NCBI RefSeq assembly: GCF_009914755.1
Contig: NC_060926.1
Length of the DNA stretch: 64,000 bases
Reading direction: 5' to 3' (one strand)
Source: the human T2T-CHM13v2.0 reference genome, Homo sapiens
Shown here one piece after another: positions 63,113 through 64,000 of the stretch. Under the pieces are notes generated by a model. That model searched no databases, was not told the origin of the DNA, and saw only the letters and a program-made list of their open reading frames with translations. Both the position numbers and the translations under genes were made by a program. The first letter of the stretch is position 1. Each line of letters begins with the position of its first letter.

Positions 63113-63834
63113 AAGAGATTCATAGAGTCACACTCCGGGCAAGGATGAGAGAGCCAACCAAAAGCTGAGATGTCTCTCTCTCATACACATCCCATATACT
63201 GACTGAGGCCATAGATTGTGCTCCAGGCATGCACACACCAGAAAAGCTACAAGGATGCAAATATATAACAGGCTTACTATGCATTTTGTGCCAGAGAATG
63301 TCAGGGCAGCCAGCCAGTATATAGTTGTCTCTAAGTGACCTGTCTACAGGGTCTCATTTTGTTGGGGGTGAAATTATTTCCTTCTTTCGAAAGCCTGCAA
63401 GGAAAGCAAAGAAACTTCTGGTCTGATGGTGACTGCCAAATACTTTGTGGGTGAGAAAGAAAGCGAGATCCATGCATCCTCACCACTGGGAAGTCATTTC
63501 TGGCAGGATGCAGTTAATTTATTGCTTGAAGAAATGATCAATAAAAATGGCAGAACTTGAGCTGCTCTTGCTTGGAGGCAGGTAGTGTGTTAAAGCTCAC
63601 TGGGCAGGTCAGGCAACCGAGGCTCCATTGACTTAAGAGACTTGCTTGAGGTTATAGAATTTGTGAAGATGAGCGGTGGGGCCTGGCTCCAATGTGCTGC
63701 TCTTCCAAATGTACCATGATATATAGCAGCTTTCTCCTTAGACATGAGTCCCTGTTCTTTGAGCACATTAGGTCTGAAAAATTCCATCTTAGATTGGCAC
63801 AGAGAGGGGAAAATCAGAATGAAAAGTATTACTC

Positions 63835-64000
63835 TTTTTTTATTTTTTGAGACGGAGTCTCGCTCTGTCGCCAGGCTGGAGTGCAGTGGCGCGATCTCGG
63901 CTCCCTGCAACCTCTGACTCCCTGGTTCAAACGATTCTCCTGCCTCAGCCTCCTGAGTAGCTGGGATTACAGGCACATGCCACCACGTCCAGCTAATTTT
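63835..64000 (-). mobile_element. Alu cut by the window edge
   Basis: gagacggagtctcgctctgtcgccaggctgg...cagctaatttt. Confidence 0.93.

Overview
This is primate (almost certainly human) genomic DNA. The first ~7.2 kb holds the 3' part of CDCA7 (JPO1) on the + strand. Seven GT-AG-bounded coding exons (1446-1682, 2038-2115, 3018-3212, 3675-3815, 4507-4656, 5374-5510, 5858-5888) splice into one 322-codon frame ending in the zf-4CXXC_R1 domain and ...LKQEFEMQA*, followed by a ~1.3 kb 3' UTR with two AATAAA signals. The N-terminal exons lie upstream of the window. The other ~57 kb is intergenic: about 35 Alu/FLAM copies, old L1M, L2 and MIR fragments, hAT DNA-transposon fossils and several solo LTRs, with repeat-poor stretches that look regulatory. 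Non-CDCA7 ORFs in the track look spurious, mostly Alu-derived. I found no convincing new gene or undescribed system. The best leads are a 28-bp direct repeat bracketing a CpG-rich 0.9-kb segment, three co-oriented CTCF-like motifs around a CpG patch, a homeodomain-motif-rich element with inverted arms, and possible CDCA7 RNA-processing variants. Repeat subfamilies and boundaries were assigned by eye from remembered consensi and are approximate.
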